A stretch of 64,000 bases of DNA from Escherichia coli (GTDB taxonomy: Bacteria; Pseudomonadota; Gammaproteobacteria; Enterobacterales; Enterobacteriaceae): assembly GCF_051903065.1 (NCBI RefSeq), contig NZ_CP178438.1; one strand, written 5' to 3'. The position numbers and the translations under genes are program-made. This document shows, piece after piece, positions 32,744-43,313 of this stretch; position 1 is the stretch's first letter; every line of letters starts with the position of its first letter. The notes beneath the pieces were generated by a model that saw nothing but the letters and a program-made list of their open reading frames with translations, had not been told where the DNA came from and made no database searches.

Positions 32744-33568
32744 TCAGGACAGGAAGCCCAGCGCATTGCCGATAATCCCTAAGCCAAACAGGGCGAAAAT
32801 CAGCCATACCGGGTTAATTTTTTTGTTGAGCAGACGAACCATTAGTAGCGTCAGACCGAGCGCCAGCAAACCAGGGCAAAGTTGATCGAGAATGTTCTGC
32901 ACGGTCATGGTGACGGTGGAGCCATCAGCGGCATGCGTTTGTGAAACCACCAACGGTACGTTGATTGACGTCCATTTGGTGACCAGCACGCCCATCACAA
33001 ACAGTCCGAGAATCGACGCGCCTTCGGTGAGTTTTTGCAGCACATTCCCGCCCATATCGCTGACGATATTCACCCCTTTGCGAAAGCCGAGCTGTAGGCC
33101 ATACCACTTCATCGCCAGACGCACCGCGTTGAAAATAAAGAAGAACAGCCGCGGGCCGAGAATGTTGCCCGAAAGTGCCAGAGATGCGCCGAGCGCGGCG
33201 GTAATCGTGCGCAGCGTTCCCCAGACCAGTGGATCGCCAACCCCTGCCAACGGTCCCATCAGACCGACTTTGATGCCGTTAATGGTACCGTCATCAATTT
33301 CCGCGCCGTTGGCCCGCGCCTCTTCCATGGCGGCAGTGACGCCGATGACCGGGCCACATACGGCTGGCGTGGTATTGAAGAACACCAGGTGTCGCCTGAG
33401 CGCCGCAACCTGATCCTCTTTTAATGGGTAAAGTCGCTTGATGGCGGGGATCATGTCGTAGCAAAAACCCAGCCCGTGAATACGTTCAAAGTTAAAGGAC
33501 GCCTGTTGCAGGTTGGAGCGCAGAAACATGCTCACCAGATCGCCGCGTGTAATTTTTCTCTGTTCCAT
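32744..33568 (-). CDS. sorM: PTS sorbose-specific EIID component (mannose family)
   Basis: About 274 aa; MEQRKITRGDLVSMFLRSNLQQASFNFERIHGLGF is typical of ManZ-type IID proteins. Start could instead be the upstream Met at 33598. Confidence 0.8.
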   Translation of the reverse strand: MEQRKITRGDLVSMFLRSNLQQASFNFERIHGLGFCYDMIPAIKRLYPLKEDQVAALRRHLVFFNTTPAVCGPVIGVTAAMEEARANGAEIDDGTINGIKVGLMGPLAGVGDPLVWGTLRTITAALGASLALSGNILGPRLFFFIFNAVRLAMKWYGLQLGFRKGVNIVSDMGGNVLQKLTEGASILGLFVMGVLVTKWTSINVPLVVSQTHAADGSTVTMTVQNILDQLCPGLLALGLTLLMVRLLNKKINPVWLIFALFGLGIIGNALGFLS

Positions 33569-33578
33569 GATGGCTCCG

Positions 33579-34376
33579 TTAATCGTCAAGTTGGTCAAGG
33601 GCGGTGGAAGCGGGGGCCTGGAGTTGAGGTTCAGCTTTACGCCACTGTGGATTTAGCTGGATGTAGACCAGGGCCATGATCACGCCGACGCCACCGAACG
33701 CCAGCAGACTGAGATCGAGGTAGCCACCTGCGAGGAAACCGAGGAAAAAGAAAGGCATCAAATATTTCACGCCCATCATACGTAGCACCATGGCGTAACC
33801 GACCACCACGATAAAACCGCCAGCAATCTGTAGTCCTCGGGTCACAAATTCGGGAATGGCGTTTAACATATTGCTCACCATATCGGCGCTGACGAACAGC
33901 GAGACAATCAGTGCCGGAACAGCAACGCGCAGCGCCTGCACGCCAAGCGCGGAGACATGCAGAATATCGAGAGTGCGAAACCGTGCCTCTTCCGCTGCTT
34001 TATCCGCCGCGTGCTGGAACACTACGGTGATGGTACGTGCAAACACCGTCAGCACCTGGCCTGCCGCAGCCACAGGCAACGCGATGGCGATTCCGGTGGC
34101 GATGCTTTGCTGACCAACGATAACCAGAATGGCGGAGATTATGCTGGCGAGTGCAGAATCCGGAGATTGCGCCGCGCCGACGTTCATCCAGCCGAGAGCT
34201 ATCAATTCCAGCGTACCACCGAGTATTATTCCGGTTTTTAAATCACCGAGAATTAAACCAATCACCGTACAGGCAATTAACGGGCGATGAGTCTGGAATT
34301 CATCCAGCACGCTGCCCATTCCGGCAATACAGGAAAAAAGAAATATAGCAATAATTTGTAGGGTACTTATTTCCAT
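33579..34376 (-). CDS. sorA: PTS sorbose-specific EIIC component (mannose family)
   Basis: 265-aa polytopic membrane protein, ManY-like. Confidence 0.8.
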   Translation of the reverse strand: MEISTLQIIAIFLFSCIAGMGSVLDEFQTHRPLIACTVIGLILGDLKTGIILGGTLELIALGWMNVGAAQSPDSALASIISAILVIVGQQSIATGIAIALPVAAAGQVLTVFARTITVVFQHAADKAAEEARFRTLDILHVSALGVQALRVAVPALIVSLFVSADMVSNMLNAIPEFVTRGLQIAGGFIVVVGYAMVLRMMGVKYLMPFFFLGFLAGGYLDLSLLAFGGVGVIMALVYIQLNPQWRKAEPQLQAPASTALDQLDD

Positions 34377-34441
34377 GATTTGTCACCTTTTAAGTGTCGT
34401 CATCCCTGCCTGTTAAAGCATATGTACACAGGCGCTATTAT

Positions 34442-34936
34442 TTAATTTGCGATTAACTGTTCGTTTATTTTGTCGATAATATTGATTGAGGGATCTGACG
34501 CTACGACGCGTAAATCCAGTATGACGCCAAGATTATTTAACTCATGAAATGCGTTAATATCATCATCATCTAATGAAACCGCTTTGGTTAACTGTTTTTT
34601 ACCGGGCCGCCAGGCCATGCCGCCAATATTTAGGGTGCCTATTTTTACCCCCTGGCGAACCATCGCTAAGGCATCCTGTGGGCGAGTGAAAAGATAAAAA
34701 ACGGTTTCGTCCTGATATTGCGGGTTGTGATAAACCGCGACGGCTTTTTCAATATTGACCACGTTAACCTTCATTCCCGGTGGCGCAGCCTGACGCAATA
34801 ATGTCCGGCGAACTTCATCGTTATAAACTTCGTCATTGCAGATAATAATGCGCTGGGCGTTAGCCACTTTCGACCAGACGGTAGTGACCTGACCGTGGAT
34901 CAGGCGGTCATCAATGCGGGCGAGCGTAATGTTCAT
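34442..34936 (-). CDS. sorB: PTS sorbose-specific EIIB component
   Basis: 164 aa, MNITLARIDDRLIHGQVTT is the mannose-family IIB signature (phospho-His). Confidence 0.82.
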   Translation of the reverse strand: MNITLARIDDRLIHGQVTTVWSKVANAQRIIICNDEVYNDEVRRTLLRQAAPPGMKVNVVNIEKAVAVYHNPQYQDETVFYLFTRPQDALAMVRQGVKIGTLNIGGMAWRPGKKQLTKAVSLDDDDINAFHELNNLGVILDLRVVASDPSINIIDKINEQLIAN

Positions 34937-35343
34937 CAGAAATCCTCCTCTGTCGTTGCCAGTTGTTTCCAGACAACGCAGGTTTGCTTTGCGATTTGCG
35001 TCAGGTGTTCACACAGTTCATCAACATTCATGCTGTCCTGGTTATCAACCAGTTCGAGCGCCAGCGGCAGAGAAAGTCCGCTGATTACCCGCAGACGAGG
35101 ATTGCGCATCGCAAGCATCGCTGCCGCATTCCACGGGCTGCCGCACTGTAAATCCACGGCAATCAGCCACTCATCTTGATTGTGAATGCTTACTAACTTT
35201 TCCAGCTTTGCTACGATGTCTCCGGCGTTCTCGCCGGGCACAAATTCAACGGCTTCAACATTGGCGTTGCCGTAAACCATCTGAACCGATTCCAGCATGG
35301 CGCAAGCTAATTTGCCGTGGGCACAAAAAATGGCGTTGACCAT
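34936..35343 (-). CDS. sorF: PTS sorbose-specific EIIA component
   Basis: 135 aa, mannose-family IIA fold (MVNAIFCAHGKLA); its stop overlaps the sorB start. Confidence 0.8.
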   Translation of the reverse strand: MVNAIFCAHGKLACAMLESVQMVYGNANVEAVEFVPGENAGDIVAKLEKLVSIHNQDEWLIAVDLQCGSPWNAAAMLAMRNPRLRVISGLSLPLALELVDNQDSMNVDELCEHLTQIAKQTCVVWKQLATTEEDF

Positions 35344-35352
35344 AAAGCCTCC

Positions 35353-36159
35353 TTAGCCGCGCGTTTTGCCGCCCGCAATGTTAGTGGTTACTCCGGTGAT
35401 ATAGCTGGCGCGTTCAGACAGCAGATAACAAACAAAATCAGCGACTTCTGCTAATCTTCCGGCGCGCCCAATAGGAATGGCGTTTTTGGTATAGCCTTCA
35501 CGCAGCTGCTCGACGGTGATATTGCGCGTCCACGCCAGCGCTTCTTCATATTCCGGCGTGCGTAGCCCGGTTTTTTCCAGAATCCCCGGCGCGATACCGA
35601 CTACACGGATACCGTGTTTACCCAATTCTTTCGACCAGGATCGCGTGAAGCTATTAAGCGCGGCTTTGGTAGCGGCGTAACAGCTTTGTCCTTCTGAGCC
35701 TTCCAGCCCACTTTCTGAGGAAACATTCACAATCACGCCATCATGTTGTTTGACCATCTGTCGCGCCACCGCCTGCGACATCAGAAAAACGCCTTTCTGG
35801 TTGATATTGACCATTTTTTCGAATGCAGCTTCGTTGAGTTCATACTGCCCGGCAGGCGCTTTCTCATCGACCAGCAGACGCGGGAAATTGACCCCGGCGT
35901 TATTGACCAGACCGTCGATGCGACCAAAACGCTGGATAATTTCCGCTACCGTATGATTTACCTCTTTGGCGCTGGAAATATCGGTCGGCCAAAACTGATA
36001 GCCTTTATGAACTTCATATTGACCATCGCCACCGTGAATATCTACCATCTGTACGTTTGCGCCTTGTGCTAATAATTCCTCTACAATAGCCAGACCAATA
36101 CCGGATGCGCCGCCGGTGACGATAATGATTTTATCCTGCAAATTTAACCACGTTTGCAT
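35353..36159 (-). CDS. sorD: Sorbitol-6-phosphate 2-dehydrogenase (SDR family)
   Basis: 268 aa with SDR motifs TGGASGIG and YAATKAA. Confidence 0.8.
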   Translation of the reverse strand: MQTWLNLQDKIIIVTGGASGIGLAIVEELLAQGANVQMVDIHGGDGQYEVHKGYQFWPTDISSAKEVNHTVAEIIQRFGRIDGLVNNAGVNFPRLLVDEKAPAGQYELNEAAFEKMVNINQKGVFLMSQAVARQMVKQHDGVIVNVSSESGLEGSEGQSCYAATKAALNSFTRSWSKELGKHGIRVVGIAPGILEKTGLRTPEYEEALAWTRNITVEQLREGYTKNAIPIGRAGRLAEVADFVCYLLSERASYITGVTTNIAGGKTRG

Positions 36160-36228
36160 AACAGACTCCTGATTTTAGATAATAGGGACCCGCCGTAATT
36201 TTTATTACGGTAAACATCGGGAAGATTT

Positions 36229-37176
36229 TTATTTCAGTAATAGTTCAGCTGTGCTGCTATTCGTTACCAGACAATTAATATATTTTCCACGCAGTGCACC
36301 AATAATTCCGCTGTATTTTTCTTCACTCATGGCAATGCCAATGGAATATCGTGCCTGCTTTAATTTATTCATTTCGATAGAGAGTGTTTTTTCGCTCATA
36401 TTCGTTTCAACCATTGCGCCGTGAATATCAAAAAAGCGCGAGCAAATATCGCCAGCAACCTGGCGGGCATTCAGGTCGTCACTCTCTTCACCACCATAAA
36501 ACGCATGCCAGTTAGCGCCGTCGCGAATGGCCGGTGAGCCAATTCCCACCAGGGCGACATCCAGATTATCCCAGTAGGCAGAGATGGTTTTAAAGTGCTG
36601 AGACTGCATGATCCCATTACGAATTAATGGGTTATCCAGTAGAGCCGGAAAATCCGCGAGGTGCGATTCCCCTTTCAGCTTCGCTGCCGCGCTGTAGGTT
36701 AATGTGTTTACGTGATAGCGGCTTTCGAGTTTACCGGACGGTCCGCCAATAATTGGTACGCAGATTAACTGCCGCGATTGCCCCGCCTGCGGCAAGTTTT
36801 CAACCAGTGCGCTCACCGCGCGACCCCAGGAAAAACCGACAATATCGCCAGGCTCCAGCAAGCGATCCAGCAGTTGCGCGCCGTGTAACCCCATCATCGC
36901 CAGTTGAGTCTCTTCATCCTCATCATTTCCCGACACCACCACAACGTCTTTCAGGCCAAACTTTTGCTTCAGTTGCTGCTCCAGCCAGAGATTTTCGTTG
37001 TAGTCATAGTTGATGGCGATGGTGACAATTCCCTGATCGCGGCCTCGTTTAAGCAAGCGGCTGATGGTGGTGCGGTAAATACCCAGTTCGCGCGCGATTT
37101 GCGCCTGCGTCATATCCTGTTCGTAATAGAGTTGGGCAATCTTCACAATCAAACGGATATCGTCACTGTTTTCCAT
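36229..37176 (-). CDS. sorC: SorC-family transcriptional regulator of the sorbose operon
   Basis: About 315 aa from MENSDDIRLIVKIAQLYYEQDMTQAQIARELGIYRTTISRLL (HTH) plus sugar-binding domain; first gene of the cluster. Start chosen at the internal Met rather than the ORF-track Met at 37260. Confidence 0.8.
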   Translation of the reverse strand: MENSDDIRLIVKIAQLYYEQDMTQAQIARELGIYRTTISRLLKRGRDQGIVTIAINYDYNENLWLEQQLKQKFGLKDVVVVSGNDEDEETQLAMMGLHGAQLLDRLLEPGDIVGFSWGRAVSALVENLPQAGQSRQLICVPIIGGPSGKLESRYHVNTLTYSAAAKLKGESHLADFPALLDNPLIRNGIMQSQHFKTISAYWDNLDVALVGIGSPAIRDGANWHAFYGGEESDDLNARQVAGDICSRFFDIHGAMVETNMSEKTLSIEMNKLKQARYSIGIAMSEEKYSGIIGALRGKYINCLVTNSSTAELLLK

Positions 37177-37523
37177 TGCCGCCTCCTGGTTCTGCACATT
37201 TGTGCAAATACGCTTTCTCACCGCTTGATCTGATATAACCCCATCATGATGGCCTTTCAAAGCGATTTTTCACTCTTTGCATGGGGAGAAATAGCGCTTT
37301 CTCTTGCACATTTGTTTCTCTGCGCAGTAGTCATCAGCACAGGTGTGCGGAGATTCGTAATAGGTTGATTATCCTTATTTTGCCAGGCAAATTTGCATTG
37401 TACTTCCGGAGACACTTTTGTGATAAAAGGCGTGGCAGATCACATTTAATTTCGACGTTGCCGCATAACCCTGTTTTTCCCCGCTAAGAGGTACGGTATA
37501 TTCCGCGTTTTACAGGAGAATTT

Positions 37524-38396
37524 ATGCTGCCCGACTCATCAGTCCGTTTAAATAAATACATCAGCGAAAGCGGAATTTGCTCACGCCGCGAAGCGGATCG
37601 CTATATCGAGCAAGGCAATGTGTTCCTTAATGGCAAGCGAGCCACCATTGGCGATCAGGTGAAACCCGGCGACGTTGTGAAAGTAAACGGTCAGTTGATT
37701 GAACCTCGGGAAGCCGAAGATTTGGTACTTATCGCCCTGAACAAGCCCGTCGGTATTGTCAGCACCACCGAAGATGGCGAGCGCGATAACATTGTCGATT
37801 TTGTTAACCACAGCAAACGCGTGTTCCCGATTGGCCGCCTGGATAAAGACTCCCAGGGGCTGATTTTCCTCACCAATCACGGCGATCTGGTGAATAAGAT
37901 CCTCCGTGCGGGTAACGATCATGAGAAAGAGTATCTGGTGACGGTCGATAAACCGATTACCGATGAATTTATTCGTGGTATGGGGGCGGGGGTGCCGATC
38001 CTCGGGACGGTGACTAAAAAGTGCAAAGTCAAAAAAGAAGCGCCGTTTGTCTTCCGCATTACCCTGGTGCAGGGGCTGAACCGTCAGATCCGGCGCATGT
38101 GCGAGCATTTCGGCTATGAAGTGAAAAAGCTGGAACGCACGCGCATCATGAACGTTAGCTTAAGCGGCATTCCGCTGGGGGAATGGCGCGATTTAACCGA
38201 CGATGAGTTAATCGACCTCTTTAAGCTCATTGAAAATTCCTCTTCCGAGGCAAAACCTAAAGCGAAGGCTAAACCGAAAACGGCGGGCATCAAACGCCCG
38301 GTGGTGAAGGTAGAAAAAACGGCGGAGAAAGGTGGCCGCCCGGCATCAAACGGCAAGCGTTTCGCCTCGCCGGGGCGGAAGAAAAAAGGTCGTTAA
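37524..38396 (+). CDS. rluF: 23S rRNA pseudouridine synthase RluF
   Basis: 290 aa with S4 domain ([21 protein letters not shown]) and RsuA-type catalytic motif ([10 protein letters not shown]). Confidence 0.92.
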   Translation: MLPDSSVRLNKYISESGICSRREADRYIEQGNVFLNGKRATIGDQVKPGDVVKVNGQLIEPREAEDLVLIALNKPVGIVSTTEDGERDNIVDFVNHSKRVFPIGRLDKDSQGLIFLTNHGDLVNKILRAGNDHEKEYLVTVDKPITDEFIRGMGAGVPILGTVTKKCKVKKEAPFVFRITLVQGLNRQIRRMCEHFGYEVKKLERTRIMNVSLSGIPLGEWRDLTDDELIDLFKLIENSSSEAKPKAKAKPKTAGIKRPVVKVEKTAEKGGRPASNGKRFASPGRKKKGR

Positions 38397-38669
38397 TCAG
38401 CGTTTGCCGCGCGTCGACGTATTTGCCGACCAACTGAATGACGCTTCAGGATCCGGTTTATAAGCCTGCTTTTTCTTTAACTGGCGGGCTTTTTTCGCTT
38501 CAGCCTCACGCTCGACCATTAATTTATCGATGTACTCTTTCTTAATGCTGTTGGTTTCGGAGTTGGTCAGTACGCGACCATGCGCAATCCGCGCCCGATC
38601 CAGCAGTGTTTTAAGTTCACGCTGCTCGCGTTCAGTCATCTCTTTTTGGGTAATACGGGGGAGTGCCAT
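38397..38669 (-). CDS. yjbD: DUF3811 protein YjbD
   Basis: 90-aa ORF in the K-12 position between rluF and lysC; its stop abuts the rluF stop. Confidence 0.75.
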   Translation of the reverse strand: MALPRITQKEMTEREQRELKTLLDRARIAHGRVLTNSETNSIKKEYIDKLMVEREAEAKKARQLKKKQAYKPDPEASFSWSANTSTRGKR

Positions 38670-38921
38670 GATGGTGCCCTCAGTGAGCCAGAGAGTTCAG
38701 TGTACGGGAATTCGTTTGCGAGCAGAACTGATAATATTCATTTTGCCTTCTCTTAACTATTTATCTCTTTCGATAATTAATTAGAGATGCAGATAAAAAA
38801 ATTAAAGGCAATTATTCTCCGATAAAGACGCTGGTTAACAGAGTACAGGCTCGTTTATTGATGAGCATAGTGACAAGAAAATCAATACGGCCCGAAATAT
38901 AGCTTCCAGGCCATACAGTAT

Positions 38922-40271
38922 TTACTCAAACAAATTACTATGCAGTTTTTGTACCACCTGCTCGGCATCTTCGCCGGGCACCAGGAAGCACAGGTTATGG
39001 CTGGATGCGCCGTAACAAATCATGCGAATGTTGAACGGTTCCAGTACGCCGAATACCTCTTTGCCAACGCCGCAGGCTTTTGACAGGTCATTGCCAATCA
39101 ACGCGACCAGCGCCAGACCTTCTTCCACCTCCACCCGGCACAGTGCGGAAAGCTCCATCAGCAGAGATTGCGTTAGCAACGTATCGCCAGTGGAGGTTGA
39201 ACCGGTGGTATCAAGGGTTAATGCCACGCTCACTTCTGACGTGGTGATTAAGTCTACCGAAATATTATGCCGCGCGAGGATGCCGAAAACTTCCGCGAGG
39301 AAACCGCGAGAATGCAGCATATTCAGGCTGTGCAAAGTGAGCAGAGTCTGATTGCGACGAAGCGCCAGCGCGCGGAACAGCGGCGGATTTTCAGTTTTAT
39401 TGCACACCAGCGTACCACCTGCGCGTGGGTCTTTGCTGGAGCCGACAAAGACCGGGATATCGCTGCGTACTGCGGGTAGCAACGTTGCCGGATGCAGTAC
39501 TTTTGCACCAAAAGTTGCCATCTCTGCCGCTTCGGCAAACGCGATTTCATCAATGCGTTTTGCTGCGGAAACCACGCGTGGATCGGTGGTGTAGATGCCC
39601 GGGACGTCGGTCCAGATATCAACACGAGATGCGTGTAAAGCCTCCGCCAGCAAGGCTGCCGTATAATCGCTGCCTCCACGGCCAAGCGTCGTTGTTCGAC
39701 CTTTATTTTCGCTACCGATAAATCCCTGGGTGATCACTAAGCCTTCATTGAGGCGTGGGAGCAGCTGCAGCGCGGCCAGTTCCGCCAGCGCGGCTACATC
39801 TGGCTCTGCACGACCAAATCGGTCGTTGGTACGCATCACTTTACGTACATCAAACCACTGTGCCTGAACATCGCGTTCGCGCAGGATCTCAACAAACAGC
39901 AGGGTCGACATCAGCTCGCCGTGGCTGACCAGTTCATCTGTCAGCGCCGGAGACGTTGCCAGCGCCGCCGCTTCTGCCAGAACAGTAATGTTCTCCAGCA
40001 GACGTTCAATCTCTTCACGGATAACGTTCGGGTAACGCAGACGTTCCAGAATGGCAAACTGGATATTGCGGATTGCGTCGAGTTTTTCGAATCGCTCGCC
40101 AGGTTCCAGTCCTTCCGCTAAAGCGACCAGCAGATTAGTGATACCAGCAGAAGCCGAGAGGACAACTAAACGCACGTTGGCATCAGAAAGCACAATATCA
40201 GCGCTGCGGTTCATGGCGTCAAAATCAGCTACGCTGGTACCGCCAAATTTGGAGACAACAATTTCAGACAT
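38922..40271 (-). CDS. lysC: Lysine-sensitive aspartokinase III
   Basis: 449-aa ORF starting MSEIVVSKFGGTSVADFDAMNRSADIVL with C-terminal ACT domains. Confidence 0.95.
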   Translation of the reverse strand: MSEIVVSKFGGTSVADFDAMNRSADIVLSDANVRLVVLSASAGITNLLVALAEGLEPGERFEKLDAIRNIQFAILERLRYPNVIREEIERLLENITVLAEAAALATSPALTDELVSHGELMSTLLFVEILRERDVQAQWFDVRKVMRTNDRFGRAEPDVAALAELAALQLLPRLNEGLVITQGFIGSENKGRTTTLGRGGSDYTAALLAEALHASRVDIWTDVPGIYTTDPRVVSAAKRIDEIAFAEAAEMATFGAKVLHPATLLPAVRSDIPVFVGSSKDPRAGGTLVCNKTENPPLFRALALRRNQTLLTLHSLNMLHSRGFLAEVFGILARHNISVDLITTSEVSVALTLDTTGSTSTGDTLLTQSLLMELSALCRVEVEEGLALVALIGNDLSKACGVGKEVFGVLEPFNIRMICYGASSHNLCFLVPGEDAEQVVQKLHSNLFE

Positions 40272-40329
40272 AACTACCTCGTGTCAGGGGATCCATTTTC
40301 AGCCTTGGCACAAGGGAAGAGCGGAAGAC

Positions 40330-40570
40330 GGGTGGGCGCAGAGCGATACTTCGCTACTATTTTCACCCAGAAGTGCTCCACCACTTGCGAAACGCCCGAC
40401 TGCGAACGCTTCTGGTGACAACCCAGGGGATTCAGCCCCTGTAGCCGATGATGAACGTGGCCAGCCGTTCAATCACCTCGGCGATGCACCCCCTCAGGTG
40501 TTATCACAGGACTGGCTCCTCCAACACCGTTACTTGGGCAACGCGCCTCTTCTGGCCTGCGCTAGCGCAG
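40330..40570 (-). promoter_or_regulatory. Lysine riboswitch (L-box) in the lysC 5' leader
   Basis: Reverse complement contains GAGGCGCGTTGCCCAAGTAACGGTGTTGGAGGAGCCAGTCCTGTGATAACACCTGAGGGGGTGCATCGCCGAGGTGATTGAACGGCTGGCCACG..., which I recognise as the E. coli lysC leader; boundaries approximate. Confidence 0.8.
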
Positions 40571-40795
40571 GTAGTACATTTATAAATAAAGGGTGAGCGG
40601 GGCGGTTGTCAACGACGGGGTCATGCGGATTTTTCATCCACTCCTGGCGGTCAGTAGTTCAGCTAATAAATGCTTCACTGCGCTAAGGGTTTACACTCAA
40701 CATTACGCTAACGGCACTAAAACCATCACATTTTTCTGTGACTGGCGCTACAATCTTCCAAAGTCACAATTCTCAAAATCAGAAGAGTATTGCTA

Positions 40796-42445
40796 ATGAA
40801 AAACATCAATCCAACGCAGACCGCTGCCTGGCAGGCACTACAGAAACACTTCGATGAAATGAAAGACGTTACGATCGCCGATCTTTTTGCTAAAGACGGC
40901 GATCGTTTTTCTAAGTTCTCCGCAACCTTCGACGATCAGATGCTGGTGGATTACTCCAAAAACCGCATCACTGAAGAGACGCTGGCGAAATTACAAGATC
41001 TGGCGAAAGAGTGCGATCTGGCGGGCGCGATTAAGTCGATGTTCTCTGGCGAGAAGATCAACCGCACTGAAAACCGCGCCGTGCTGCACGTAGCGCTGCG
41101 TAACCGTAGCAATACCCCGATTCTGGTTGATGGCAAAGACGTAATGCCGGAAGTCAACGCGGTGCTGGAGAAGATGAAAACCTTCTCACAAGCGATTATC
41201 TCCGGTGAGTGGAAGGGTTATACCGGCAAAGCAATCACTGACGTAGTGAACATCGGGATCGGCGGTTCTGACCTCGGCCCGTACATGGTGACCGAAGCAC
41301 TGCGTCCGTACAAAAATCACCTGAACATGCACTTTGTTTCTAACGTCGATGGGACTCACATCGCGGAAGTGCTGAAAAAAGTAAACCCGGAAACCACGCT
41401 GTTCCTGGTAGCATCTAAAACCTTCACCACTCAGGAAACCATGACCAACGCCCATAGCGCGCGTGACTGGTTCCTGAAAGCGGCAGGTGATGAAAAACAC
41501 GTTGCGAAACACTTTGCGGCGCTCTCAACCAATGCCAAAGCCGTTGGCGAGTTTGGTATTGATACTGCCAACATGTTCGAGTTCTGGGACTGGGTCGGTG
41601 GCCGTTACTCTTTGTGGTCAGCGATTGGCCTGTCGATTGTTCTCTCCATCGGCTTTGATAACTTCGTTGAACTGCTTTCTGGCGCACACGCGATGGACAA
41701 GCATTTCTCCACCACGCCTGCCGAGAAAAACCTGCCTGTCCTGCTGGCGCTGATTGGCATCTGGTACAACAATTTCTTTGGTGCGGAAACTGAAGCGATT
41801 CTGCCGTATGACCAGTATATGCACCGTTTTGCGGCGTACTTCCAGCAGGGCAATATGGAGTCCAACGGTAAGTATGTTGACCGTAACGGTAACGTTGTGG
41901 ATTACCAGACTGGCCCGATTATCTGGGGTGAACCAGGCACTAACGGTCAGCACGCGTTCTACCAGCTGATCCACCAGGGAACCAAAATGGTACCGTGCGA
42001 TTTCATCGCTCCGGCTATCACCCATAACCCGCTCTCTGATCACCACCAGAAACTGCTGTCTAACTTCTTCGCCCAGACCGAAGCGCTGGCGTTTGGTAAA
42101 TCCCGCGAAGTGGTTGAGCAGGAATATCGCGATCAGGGTAAAGATCCGGCAACGCTTGACTACGTGGTGCCGTTCAAAGTGTTCGAAGGTAACCGCCCGA
42201 CCAACTCTATCCTGTTGCGCGAAATCACTCCGTTCAGCCTGGGTGCGTTGATTGCGCTGTATGAGCACAAAATCTTTACTCAGGGCGTGATCCTGAACAT
42301 CTTCACCTTCGACCAGTGGGGCGTGGAACTGGGTAAACAGCTGGCGAACCGTATTCTGCCAGAGCTGAAAGATGATAAAGAAATCAGCAGCCACGATAGC
42401 TCGACCAATGGTCTGATTAACCGCTATAAAGCGTGGCGCGGTTAA
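40796..42445 (+). CDS. pgi: Glucose-6-phosphate isomerase
   Basis: 549 aa from [34 protein letters not shown]. Confidence 0.96.
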   Translation: MKNINPTQTAAWQALQKHFDEMKDVTIADLFAKDGDRFSKFSATFDDQMLVDYSKNRITEETLAKLQDLAKECDLAGAIKSMFSGEKINRTENRAVLHVALRNRSNTPILVDGKDVMPEVNAVLEKMKTFSQAIISGEWKGYTGKAITDVVNIGIGGSDLGPYMVTEALRPYKNHLNMHFVSNVDGTHIAEVLKKVNPETTLFLVASKTFTTQETMTNAHSARDWFLKAAGDEKHVAKHFAALSTNAKAVGEFGIDTANMFEFWDWVGGRYSLWSAIGLSIVLSIGFDNFVELLSGAHAMDKHFSTTPAEKNLPVLLALIGIWYNNFFGAETEAILPYDQYMHRFAAYFQQGNMESNGKYVDRNGNVVDYQTGPIIWGEPGTNGQHAFYQLIHQGTKMVPCDFIAPAITHNPLSDHHQKLLSNFFAQTEALAFGKSREVVEQEYRDQGKDPATLDYVVPFKVFEGNRPTNSILLREITPFSLGALIALYEHKIFTQGVILNIFTFDQWGVELGKQLANRILPELKDDKEISSHDSSTNGLINRYKAWRG

Positions 42446-42455
42446 TCATCGTTCA

Positions 42456-42552
<97 letters not shown>

Positions 42553-42615
42553 TCGATGCCGATATGTACATCGTATTCGGCAATTAATGCATAGCACGAT
42601 TAATTAAATAACCTT

Positions 42616-42652
42616 AAAAACAATGCCGACTATAAGTCGGCATTGTTTTATC
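42616..42652 (+). terminator. Rho-independent terminator downstream of pgi
   Basis: Hairpin caatgccgact-ataa-gtcggcattg followed by ttttatc. Confidence 0.75.
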
Positions 42653-42957
42653 AGATAAATCTCCTTGTCTGTGATTTAACGGAAATCATACCGTGAGGTT
42701 AATCCTAAAATAGATTTTTAATCGTGATTTATTTCGGAAAATACTCAGATTAATTACTTTTGCTTTTATTTTAACACTATGATTTTTAATGTTATTTATA
42801 TATAAGTTGTAGCTTATATTTGATATTCATTCCAATTATCCTAAAACCCCATCTCTAATTCCCCGCGCCGTAATTCGCATGCTTTAGTTGTGTATACTCG
42901 ATCCCGCCCGAAATGTTTTTGGGTAAATCTCCATTCATTCAATGAAGGGAAATTGTT

Positions 42958-43200
42958 ATGAAAAAAGTTCTGTATGGCATTTTTGCCATATCTGCGCTTG
43001 CGGCGACTTCTGCGTGGGCTGCACCTGTACAGGTGGGCGAAGCGGCAGGGTCGGCAGCAACGTCGGTTTCGGCGGGTAGTTCCTCCGCGACCAGCGTCAG
43101 CACCGTAAGCTCGGCGGTGGGTGTCGCGCTCGCGGCAACCGGTGGCGGTGATGGTTCTAATACCGGGACCACAACAACCACGACCACCAGTACCCAGTAA
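42958..43200 (+). CDS. yjbE: Thr/Ser/Gly-rich secreted protein YjbE (GfcA-like)
   Basis: 80 aa with signal peptide, then a low-complexity tail ending [12 protein letters not shown]. Confidence 0.85.
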
Positions 43201-43313
43201 TAAAGTATGTATCCCCAAAATAATTCGAGTCATCGCATCTGTGGCTTGAAGTATGAAGGGATTTACCATAACCACACTCCGGTGTGGTTATTCTGCCCCT
43301 CTGGAGAAGAGTC

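Noticed and set aside
31081-37523. Whether the sor block is a phage- or integrase-borne genomic island
   Set aside because: No integrase, tRNA attachment site, transposase or flanking direct repeats were seen; GC content appears similar to core genes by eye.
41618-42394. 258-aa minus-strand ORF antisense to pgi
   Set aside because: Same reasoning: antisense shadow ORF within pgi, with no ribosome-binding site or domain.
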